A stretch of DNA of 64,000 nt from Hormiphora californensis (Eukaryota; Animalia; Ctenophora): assembly GCA_020137815.1 (NCBI GenBank), contig CM035359.1:4216001-4280000 (forward strand). Direction: 5' to 3'. Made by a program: the position numbers and the translations under genes. A model generated the notes under the pieces. That model did no database searches, was not told the DNA's origin, and saw nothing but the letters and a program-made list of their open reading frames with translations. Numbering within the stretch: position 1 is the first letter of the stretch; each line of letters begins with the position of its first letter. Positions 48,901-60,900 of this stretch are shown piece after piece.

Positions 48901-51900
48901 TCTGACAGAAGCTTGCATGTCTCGTGACCTCTTAAAGATTTTATCTTTATTTAATAGCCATTATATGAACTATTATAGTGGCTTTGAACTACATTATATC
49001 TTGACATGAGACGTACTAAAAGTACTTTAGCTTTTTCAGTTCATTTAATCAATATAATAGTTTGATATGTATTGATACGGATAGTGATTGTCAGATCAGA
49101 GAGAATAATATTATTATTTATTGTTAATAAAAACTCTGAGAATCAAATATGAGGCTAATAAGTAATAAACAGTTATCCGATTACCCAAATTTCTAATATA
49201 ATATATTTAGATATACATTTAAGAAAAGGTCATAAGCACTATAGTGCTTATGACCTTTTCTTAAATGTTTTCTCTACTTCTTTTGGTAGAGAAATCACCT
49301 GTATTTTACTATTTACACGATCACTGTATGAGATAGTCGGTATTCATACCTACCCCTATGATGGCTAAGCACCCGGGGCAGGAAAGGTGTTAAAATAATA
49401 TTTTGGTGGCCTTTCCTCCTTTTTATCCACTGTGAAACTCTCGCAGGGTGTATACACATTACACACTCAAAATATATTTTAGTGAGTCTTTTTTCCTGAA
49501 TTCATTTCCCCCGAAATCATTCTGGTAGATTTCCCAGCCTATATGACAACAAATCGTATAAATGTTTTAGATAAAATTGTAGTGGCTTAAGTTGTTACAT
49601 TTAGATCCTAACTTAAAGATTTAGAACCGTTTAAGCCATTACATATGTCCAGACAAGCGTCAAGCTGGTCATAATATATAAATACAATTTAGCATAATAG
49701 ATAAAATTTAGCAGGTCGTGCTGTGTTTAGAAGCGTTCAAGTCATTATATGGTCCACGTACACACTGTCAAGCTGGTCATAATAGACATGCAATTTATAG
49801 CAAGCCGTGCTGTGTTAAATGTAGCCTCATGAGAACACTGCAACCATGGGAGACATATAGGAGCTGCATTTTGTACTTTCATGTAGTATTGATGCGTTGG
49901 TCGTAATAGGGCGGCTTCATTGTGGAACTAATTAAATTATCATAATTGGGAATATTTGCAGCACATATATCCCATATTGTAGTCAAGTGCTTTTGACTAA
50001 TGTGGTAACTGGTTCCAGTACTTCCACAGATCCCATGTGGTCACTGCTCTTATACATCTGCTCTTATACATCTAGTAGCTACTTATAAGTAGGGTATCGT
50101 TATACATACGTCTATTATACTTCAGCACTATTCAGTAGATACAATGATCAACCCATGTGTTATTTAGATATTTGCTCTCTTTACACTGCAAACAATCATA
50201 GTAATTGTATACAACTCTATAAGATGATAATTGAGAAAAATGGGGTTGATAACTACAGTATGCTTGGTTTCATCTTAGAGTCAGTTAAGCCGTCTTTTTA
50301 TTCTTTTGAAGATCTTCTAACGAGAAAATAAAAGTTTATTTATAGCTTGAACCTCCCGTAATATTACATAATATTCAACGCTTTATAATGCGGACTGGCT
50401 ACAATTTATAGATTTGTGCAGTGTACCGGCCTAGACGGTGCAACCCTATAATATGTCGTCACTGTAGAATCTATATCTAGTAGTAGTACTCACTACATAT
50501 ACTAATCAAAGTGATTGTAATACTCTATACCCCCCTCATTTTACGTCTCGTCCACCAAATCTTTCTCTAATTTAATCTTGATGATTGTTCTGGCCGGGCA
50601 CTTGCTAAGAAAACCTTATTAGTGCTATTGTCGCTGTTCTGACCGTTTAGCATGCAGTGGCCTAGCTTCAGGTGTATCGAGCAATTAATTAGTGCCGTAC
50701 TTGAGAAACAGCAATCCGACACCGGGGTCTCAGATGCTCCGTACTTGAGCTATTTTCATTGTTGAATCACAGAACAGTTTTCGATAAATGCTTTATACTT
50801 ATTTGCTAATATCTGCATGAGTAAGCTGTGGTTTCAAACAGCTGTGGTTTCAAACAGCTGTGAATTGTTGATTAATGTTATAGTAGTATTACTTTCAGCA
50901 TTAGTTATAATAGTGGTAGAATTGAAAAAGTACCACTCAGCATGTGTAAATGATACAGATATTTTCATGATGTTCACGAGGAGATACAGGATCAGATCTC
51001 TTTATTCTTTAACATGTTAAAAGTTATAAGTTATTGACTATAAATGCACTTTCCATTACAGAACCATGACTGCAGACAACACCACCATCACCAACTCCAT
51101 ATCCCATAACTCTGACAGTGATAAATACTACTGCTATTTCATTGGAATCATCTGCCTCTTCCTCCTTTGCATTGGAAACCTCCTCGGCAACTCTACTGCC
51201 ATCACATACTTCCTCCGCTCCATCCGGACCAACATCTTCAGCCTGGTCTTCTTCGCAATAGCACTAACAGACCTCATGACGGGAATCCTCACATTCGCTG
51301 TGGCAGAGTGTTATCTTTCAGCCCGGGAACCCTTCTTCTTCGGAAACTATTATTTCAGGGAGGTTTGGGGGTCACTATGGAACTTTACTAGTAGGTACAG
51401 TGTCTACCTCACCTGTGTTATGAGCCTGGCCCGCACCCTCAAGATTATCTTCCCTTTCCGGCCGGTAAGGAGGACAGGACTAATAAATGCGATTGTAGGG
51501 TACGCTGTTTGGTTGGTGATTACCACCCCATCCTTCTGGAACATTCCTCACTACTTCAAAGAGGAGTGGTGTGCCCTCGCACTGAACAAATCACTCTTTT
51601 CAAACGACGAGTATTATACAGGGTGGAATGGGTGTTTGTATTATCTTGTAGTGCTGGCTATACCCATCCTCCTACTCCTGCCACTGCCAATAACAGCAGT
51701 TAGCGCTGGGGCCAGCGTCTACCGGTTGTGGCGCCAAATCAGACGACAGACGGCGGTCAAACCAAGACGAAAAACACACGATGAATGCATCCAGTCGGGG
51801 ATTACTATAGTGATATTTGCTGTTATCTACCTGCTATTAAACATGCCGTACAGTGCGGTGTACATTTATGTTCAGATAACGGCAAAAGCAAAGAACATCC

Positions 51901-54900
51901 CCGTCTTTAAAGTCATTGCAAATACAATGATCAAGAGGTATATCATCGGGTTTACACACATCCTCAGTATATCGCTGAATTCACTAATTAACCCAATAAT
52001 TTACTATAATCGGATCGGCGAGTTTGCCACATTTGTTGACGGGTTTACTGGTCGAAAGAGGACGATATCTGACCCACAGCAGCCTCGCGGATCACGTGTT
52101 TCGGGCAGTGAGGGGGGTAAATCTAACAAGTGTTCTATGGCAAGTGACTATCCTGTTTTGGTAAGGGGTGTACCAAGAAGTGAAAGGACGGATTAGTAAA
52201 CTTTACACTATCTTGACATGGTGTGAACTGTGAAATTTTCTTCCGTGCATTTTGATGTGTATAATGTGTATTAATTTTGATGTGGCTATATATTTCTCGA
52301 GAAAAATGCTGAAAATTTGTTTTTTGTTACGCATTTGTTTTCAATAAAAATAATTGTTTTGACTCTTAAGCGTTGAATTAAAAGCTAGTTAGGTTTTGCA
52401 AAATCTTTTCTAATGTGTACATATAAGGAGAAAAATAGTCTCTATAAAATAAAGATTAAAATGCTATGTTGATTTTAATAAGTTCTGGCACAATGGTGAC
52501 AGATTGATTGTTGACGGAATAGGCGCCGCCTTGATGATATGATAGCTGTTGCCCAAATTGAAACTTGGAGAGGCTAAAAGTTTATGAGGCGCATTAGTAG
52601 AAGTTGATCAAGGATTTAAACAGGTCGAGGTCGCTGGTATGCGGCAATATCCTTCTACTTCAATAAATTAACATCATTGATCATACAATGTAAAGATCTG
52701 TTGGAGTGTAACACGTGCCCTATATTTTCAGATGGTGTACCTGCTCCAGTGAGTGGCGAAACACACGTATCCGAGGGAGGTCAAGTTCTGATATTTGATG
52801 AAGAGCCTCCCAGTCCTGGAACAATTGTAACGTGTTTAGTAGGAGGGCTTACCTTTACAGGGATAGTTCCACAATCAGGTACCTTTACAGGGATAGTTCC
52901 ACAATCAGGTACCTTTACAGGGACAGTTCCACAATCAGGTACCTTTACAGGGATAGTTCCACAATCAGGTACCTTTACAGGGATAGTTCCACAATCAGGT
53001 ACCTTTACAGGGATAGTTCCACAATCAGGTACCTTTACAGGGATAGTTCCACAATCAGGTACCTTTACAGGGATAGTTCCACAATCAGGTACCTTTACAG
53101 GGATAGTTCCACAATCAGGTACCTTTACAGGGATAGTTCCACAATCAGGTACCTTTACAGGGATAGTTCCACAATCAGGTACCTTTACAGGGACAGTTCC
53201 ACAATCAGGTACCTTTACAGGGATAGTTCCACAATCAGGTACCTTTACAGGGACAGTTCCACAATCAGGTACCTTTACAGGGATAGTTCCACAATCAGGT
53301 ACCTTTACAGGGATAGTTCCACAATCAGGTACCAGTGGTATTTATACCACACTATTTTAAGGCGCCTGAAGCGCTTTAATCGAATCATAAACTCCTTTTA
53401 ACTAAAAAAGGAAGGACCGACTACCGGCATGCATGGTAGAGCTACCATGCATGCCGGTAGTCGGTCCTTCTGCGCGCGTATCCCCTATCACTACCATCCT
53501 AGTACCATCCTACCACCCTATTGTAATCCTACCACCCTACCACCCAAAGCACCATTAACCCACCACCCTTACCATGCCTTTATATAGTGAGACACATTAT
53601 GTGGCTATAATCATATATCCGTTACTTTCAGACGCACCACTTCCGGTTTCACCGGTACGACTTTTCCTTGGTGATAGTACACATGTTTCCGAGGCTGAAG
53701 AGCACATTTCCTCCCTCTTTCCCTCCTCACAGACAGCTTCAAAGGGAAATTTCTTTATTTCTGAGTTCAGTTTGTTGGCTGGCCGCCAGCAACTTGAAAC
53801 TTCGCTGTATTATATCGCTTTAACAGGTATTATAACAAGTTTTATTTAAACGATTATTGATTGATTGATTAAATCAATATTCAATAATCGTTTTGTTTAA
53901 ACTGAAACTACTAACAAATAACGAAAAACTAGCTCTGTTTTCATAAAACTGTCCCTAAACTACCCGTCCTCAACAGAGTTTGAATGCGAGGCAAGTACTG
54001 AGTCTTGGCTACGGGCTGATTTGTCCATTCCATTAATTAAAAGTGGTGAAACTGCTACAGTTCCCTGCCCGATCAATGAGACTGTGGATATTTCCGCGAA
54101 ATGCAGTTACCACCAGGATAGTGTGAGTTATCTTACAATCTGTTTTTTGTTGAATACAAATGATTAGCAATTACAATAATGTTGTAATAATGTGTTCACC
54201 ATCCCAACAAAATGTCCGATAAAAGAACCGTCATACAATTGATTATATGTAGCAATCAAAATACTCAATTCCCCAAACTTTCTTCTTCTGTATCTAGGCG
54301 GTTGGTCACCGTCAACTGGTGATACCCTTTGAAAGCTGTCCGCTGAGGATCATCACTAAAACGGAGCTATCCACTGCCACGGTCACTGGTCCTTCTTCGA
54401 TTTCTGTTACACTTGGTGGAGTAGATAGGTGAGGAGGGGGAAGGGAACAAGTGGGGGGTGCTGAATAATCTGTGAGGAAGGGGATCAGTATCATGGGGCC
54501 GGGGGAGGGGCACTGCAAGTGAACCCCCGCTATAAATCATGCAGATTGGATTTTGATCAACTGTATATTTTCTGCAGGATAATTCCAATAGACACACTGT
54601 TTTCTGCTCTTACAGAGGAGCCGGACTATTATTCCAGCTCAGACATGATCACCACAACCCTTACGACACTGGCAGATCTCGGTACTTCCAGGGACATGGA
54701 ATCTGATGAGAAATTCAGGTAAAGTAAATCCCAAAAAAAAAAACTAAAAATACCGATCCACCCCCTGATGAGATAGAAATTTCAAGTCTCTGTCTCATCA
54801 GGAAATATACAGGTTCACTGAATTTGTTTAGGGTAAGCTGGGGTAAAAGTGGCCCACTTTTAACGTTTTAGGTTCTAAAATACGCAATTTATACAGCAGG

Positions 54901-57900
54901 AAGAAAAAAAATATATAGGCTATCCAATGAAACCTTTTCCTTTCAGCCGAACTAAATTTTAAAATCTACAAGTTTTATTTAATGGGTTAATTAATCAATT
55001 CAAATAATTTGGTGAGGCGTTTTTTGGAAAATTTGCATCGGGGCAAAGTGGCCCGAGCCAATAGCATTGCTCGATTTTATCACGTGCCTGGTGTTGTTAG
55101 ACGAAACGATCAAATTAGGGGCAATGTGGCCCATGTTCTGCACCGGAACATGGGCCACTTTACCCCTAATTTAACCGTCTGGACTAAATTTTTGTGCATT
55201 CCAATGTCACGTGGTATTGCAGGCGCCATTTCATTGGTCCTAGAGGTGGGCCACTTTGCCCCAGACCGGACCACTTTGCCCCGGAGAGTGGGCCATATTT
55301 GCCCCGATTTCACAAAATTGACAATTAAGACAAAAAAAATGCCAATTTCTTCAAAATTTTTATACCACGTTTTAGAGAATTATAAAGCCTAACTGGCAGT
55401 TTTTGCAAAATTAAAATCGGCCGACCCAAACAGAAATAACAGCAGTTTTAAAGCGAAAATTCGGAACAGAACGAGCAGGTCTCCGCTGGAGAAAAAGTCA
55501 CGTGACTACATGTAATAACTAGGGCCACTTTGCCCCATACATGGGCCACATTACCCCGCGGGCCATTTTGCCCCATCTTACCCTACTCATCAATTAACAG
55601 AATCATTTAGGTCTAAATATAAAAACAATTCTAAAGAATATAACCAACTAACTTTTCCTTCCTCCAACTGACCAACTAACTTCTCTTCTCTCCAGGATTC
55701 GTCAGTGGCGGGTCCGCTATATGGAGTATTGGCAAATGTCAGATCAGAGTGTATCTAAATTTGTTACAGAGAACGTGACGACCATTCTTTGGAGTGTCTC
55801 GTTCCCACTCACCAAGCCCGCCATTCTTACATACGAAAATGAAGGTATGACATTTATAATATTTATTATTTATCTAAGTTATAATTGACTCCAAAGTACA
55901 CCAATCAGATTCTGCTTCTTCAGAATTGAATGCAAGGGAGCTGAGTGTAGAACTACCAGTGGCATTGAACTCAGTTATGGGCACTAGCTCTCAACCCTTT
56001 CTTGTTTCCCTATACAAAGAGGGTGGAGCAGGGATTGAAAATAAGGAGAGGGGGGTCAGTAAAGTGATAGATGTGGAGCCTCCCACCCACATATCAGGGT
56101 TGAACACCAGGTGAGTAGTGACGTGCTGGCAAGGCCTTCGGACCTATAACTGATGGACGTTGTGTGTTGGGGGGGGGGGGGGGGCAAAGACCCCGGAAAG
56201 TATGCCATAGTATATGAGACTGTCCATCAAGGCAGTTTGATTAATCAATTGATGTACCTTAACTAACAGGTAAATCACACATTCTGTTTCCGATTCTAGA
56301 TCTAGTCACTGTGCTTCACTAACCCATACACTATTTCTAGTCAGGAAATACTGATAGGAATTAAAGTCCCTTCATCACTCTCGTCTGAAGACTTGGAATG
56401 TCATTGGTTTGATGCAACATCCGGGTTATGGGTGACAGACGGACTAACTGATAGAGGAGTTAATGGGGACGGGCTATTTGATTGTTCTACAAACCATCTC
56501 ACCGCATTCTCTATACTTATGGTATAATGTTCAATCAATCAATCGATATGGGAATGGTATATTGACATTATAGATAAAAGCTTTGACGATCAATCTATCG
56601 ATCAGTATTGTACTTTTTAGATATTAAATGATCTAGTATCACTCCTATATACAATATGTATCATAAGTATGGCACTCCAATCTTCCACAAAGCATTCCGA
56701 TCCATTTCATTTAATGGAAATCATTCCAGGAAAAATCTATTTTAGATAAAGTAATACAAGTTTTTAATTTTTTACTAATAGTTTCATGCTTTCGCAATCG
56801 TCAGAAAAAAGAAAACTTGTAAATTTTAAAACGTTCAACTTCCTCTTCGACTCCTTCATCAAACCGTTTGTTGAAGTGATGCCAGGTGTCCTCTCCGGTG
56901 GGGACATTTGTTAAGAAGCTCCCATTTCTTGTTAATTAGTCCTTTCCTCGTTAATATTGCGAACTTTTCGGCCAGGCATAGAGAGCAGGTGATGTTGCCT
57001 GGGCGGTATGGTGGAGCTTTGGCGATGATCTGCCATGTTATGTCATACGTTATCTGTCTGTCATGGAGGCTCCAAACTAGTTTGGAGAGTTCTGTCGCTG
57101 TCCTGTGTTTGTCGTGTCTTATTGTCGCCATGTGGCCATTGAACCTGGTTTTGAATGACCCACCCGTCATTCCCACATATTTCTGTTCTACCCCGTTGCT
57201 GTGTTTGATTAGTGCTTCGTAGACTACACCGGATTTCAGGCATGTGTTCAAAAACAATCAATTAAAGATAACAGTGGAACAAACAGGAAAGATAGTCAAC
57301 ATACTGGATGTAACACTATCAGCGATAAACGGAAGCTACAAACCGTACAAAAAACCCAACAGCAACATCGCCTACGTGAAACGTGCTTCCAACCACCCAT
57401 CATCGATACTAAAAAACATTCCAGCATCGATACAAAAACGCCTTAGCTGCATATCCAGTACCGAGGAGGAATTCGAAGGAGCCAAAGAGGAATACCAGGC
57501 AGCCTTAAAAACAGCAGGATACAGCAAGGAGTTAATGTACGAACAAAGAGGAAGAACTGGAAAACCCAAAAACAGGAAAAGGCAAAGAAAAATCATCTGG
57601 TATAATCCACCCTTCAGCAAGAACGTCGCCACTAACATCGGAGAACGATTCTTTGAATTGGTCAGACTGCACTTCCCACCACAACATCCATTCCACGCAT
57701 TGTTTAACAAGAAAACAATAAAACTTTCGTACTCATGTATGATAAACATGGACGGGATAGTGAAGTCTCACAACAAAGCGATACTCAAGAAAGCGGAGGA
57801 TGAGGAAAAACAGAGTGAACGCCAGTGTAACTGCAGAATTCCAGAAAACTGTCCTGTGGGAAACACATGCCTGAAATCCGGTGTAGTCTACGAAGCACTA

Positions 57901-60900
57901 ATCAAACACAGCAACGGGGTAGAACAGAAATATGTGGGAATGACGGGTGGGTCATTCAAAACCAGGTTCAATGGCCACATGGCGACAATAAGACACGACA
58001 AACACAGGACAGCGACAGAACTCTCCAAACTAGTTTGGAGCCTCCATGACAGACAGATAACGTATGACATAACATGGCAGATCATCGCCAAAGCTCCACC
58101 ATACCGCCCAGGCAACATCACCTGCTCTCTATGCCTGGCCGAAAAGTTCGCAATATTAACGAGGAAAGGACTAATTAACAAGAAATGGGAGCTTCTTAAC
58201 AAATGTCCCCACCGGAGAGGACACCTGGCATCACTTCAACAAACGGTTTGATGAAGGAGTCGAAGAGGAAGTTGAACGTTTTAAAATTTACAAGTTTTCT
58301 TTTTTCTGACGATTGCGAAAGCATGAAACTATTAGTAAAAAATTAAAAACTTGTATTACTTTGTAATCAGCTCCAGAATCTTGATCCTGTCGAGCGCTTT
58401 ACCAGCAATCCCTTTACAAGCAAAGATATTTTAGATAAAGCATACTTATTTGTTATCCAATCTGCAGCTATACCTAAGATATATAACGCTATACGTTTCC
58501 GCAGACAACAGAAGCAATACAGAAAGGGGTCCACGATCGGATTCTATCCTACACATCCTACTCCTTACTTGGTATATATTGGGGTCGGGTAGTGGGTTTA
58601 ATCGTTTATATATACTAGTAGGCCCGTTCGCCCTACGGGCGAATTTCGGGGAAATGGTAGCCGGATTAGGGAACGCTTACATCACCTGCACCATCCGTTC
58701 CTAGCCTATCTCTCACTTTCTCCCTACTCATGTTGTTGTACGCTCTGGGCTTCCTGACAATGTCAAGGTCCGAATTTAAGAGATCAATGTCATGGAGGTG
58801 CAGTGCTGTTCGAGAAACTCATCACGTGAAAACTTGGCCGCTATGTAGCCGATTCGGAGATTTCTATATTCGACTGGAGTAACTGATGCCTGGGAATCTG
58901 TAACTGCTCCCTAGTAATCACCCTTGGGCGACGTTGGGTAAAGCTATCCGTAGTCGTTGATTGGCTCGCTTGAACACGTTGGCGTAATCTGTCATATTCT
59001 CTAGCCTGCTCACTGACAGCAGCAGATCTTCTGGACCCATATAACCGTTGCCGAATAGCGCTTGGGGTGGAAGAGCTAGAAATCAGGACAGAAGTAAAAG
59101 AATGCACGTGCAGAATTGAATTTCCCCTTGGTACCCAACTGCAACCGGGAGAGAGACTAGATCCAAAAACCAAACACGTTTGGTGGATAGCCGGGGCCGC
59201 AGAAATTAAAAAACGTACGAAAGTTTTGATACATGAACTTTCGGGGCCTGGGGTGCTGTTAAATTTGCGTTTTCATGATTATAACCGGCAACATTTTCGA
59301 ATTATACGTCAGGAAAACTATCGCAATGAGCAAATTATCATAATTATTTTTTATTCCACATTATCATACGTACAGATCCACACATGTCACATATAATGTG
59401 GTTCGTTTCAGAGTCTGTTTTATAGAATAATAGTGTGATTTGAAAGAATGGCTGCCTAATGCCTATCATGGAAACGCGAATTTAACAGCACCCCAGGCCC
59501 CGAAAGTTCATGTATCAAAACTTTCGTACGTTTTTTAATTTCTGCGGCCCCGGCTATCCACCAAACGTGTTTGGTTTTTGGATCTAGTATCAGGCATTTT
59601 GTTATACTATGACATGCATTTTGTAATATGTACTAGCTGAATTAAATAAACACGGACTGGGGATTCACAGACTTTTTCAATCGTAGGTAGCCACAATCCA
59701 CATAATAATTGCAGATATCCAATGTCGGATGTCAATTGCGAATGACTAATCGCAGTAATCGCAGACAACCAAACCGCAGATAACTGATCACGTATCCGTA
59801 ATTATAAGTTGTCGCGACTAGCTCACAGTGGGTAATTATGCCGCTTGGTGGTCGTATAGCAAATATAGAAAAATCTACTGTGAAATTGGCCTGTTTACGA
59901 AATCTGGAATAGAAACAATCCTTGTGTTTTAATAGAAAATCCCAAAAATTGTCTTTTTATTTCAAAAAATGAAACTCGGGAAGCTTGAGTATAAATATTT
60001 GATATTAAATAGACTTTTAAGCCATAAAACTATCTAGTGATCCTTAAAAAGTACATAATCCCCTAAATTAGTTGTATTTCTAGCTGTTGTGCACCTTGGC
60101 CACATTGATGCCTGAGTGAGATCGAGGTCGCGCAGCGACCGAGATCGATCTCACATCTAGGCCTCCGGCGCGTTATTGATTTTAGAGCAAACTTTTTCAA
60201 AGACCTGGCTGCAAGGAACTACTGAACCGATTTGCATCTCGTTTGTTGCTCCTGGCAGATAATTGTCTCTAGTTTTACGGAAAATACCCGCGAATATCAG
60301 CATTTGAGGAATAGTGGGTCAAAATTGACGCTAAACATGAGCAATTCTTTAAAGACCTGGCTGCAAGCTCCTACTCGGTCCTGGGACAATCTGCGGGTAC
60401 TGGGTGAATCGTCATGGCCTTGTGAGTATGGGAAAATACCCGCCGATACATCAAAGTGCCAATTGAGGCGATAATTGGGGTTTTGGTAGTGCTATGTCGG
60501 CTAAAAATGCCTGCTAAAACAGTATATCGCGCGCGATTTGATAGTCCCACTGCTGAAAACGTGCTTTACATCGCGCGCACGTGAGTTCTTGCTGTCCACA
60601 GGCCGGGAGCCTATTCTTCGCGGAGCGAGAATAGGTTGCAATGGAGCCAATTGTGCACCCAGTTTTTATAAAAACTAAAACATTTGTTTTATTAATAATG
60701 CAGTGTAGCGGTGAATAGCGGTACATAATTTTTGTTGTAGGATACTCAGAAGGGTCTATATTAACACGTGTAACCCTTGAATTTTGCGAAGTATGACGAC
60801 GAAACTACTATTTTTACTCTTATTTTCGTAAAAATAGGGTAATTTTACTATGCACACAGAAATGTTCACCGCCTATGAACGGAAAATCCAATTACCACAT

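Larger units (their letters stand above)
56752..58426 (+). mobile_element. 5'-truncated Penelope-like retroelement with inverted 5' pseudo-LTR
   Basis: 56748-57248 is the reverse complement of ~57862-58362; flanking 14-bp direct repeat TATTTTAGATAAAG at 56738-56751 and 58427-58440. Confidence 0.92.

Noticed and set aside
46043-51066. In-frame fusion of the adhesion ectodomain to the nested class-A GPCR
   Set aside because: The phase-1 donor joined to the 51062 acceptor reads GAA CCA TGA, which is out of frame.
53632-53654. Micro-exon DAPLPVSP in the adhesion GPCR
   Set aside because: Its end phase does not match the phase-1 start of the next exon at 53977.
56859-57257. Separate minus-strand GIY-YIG gene
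   Set aside because: It is the inverted pseudo-LTR copy of the Penelope 3' end.
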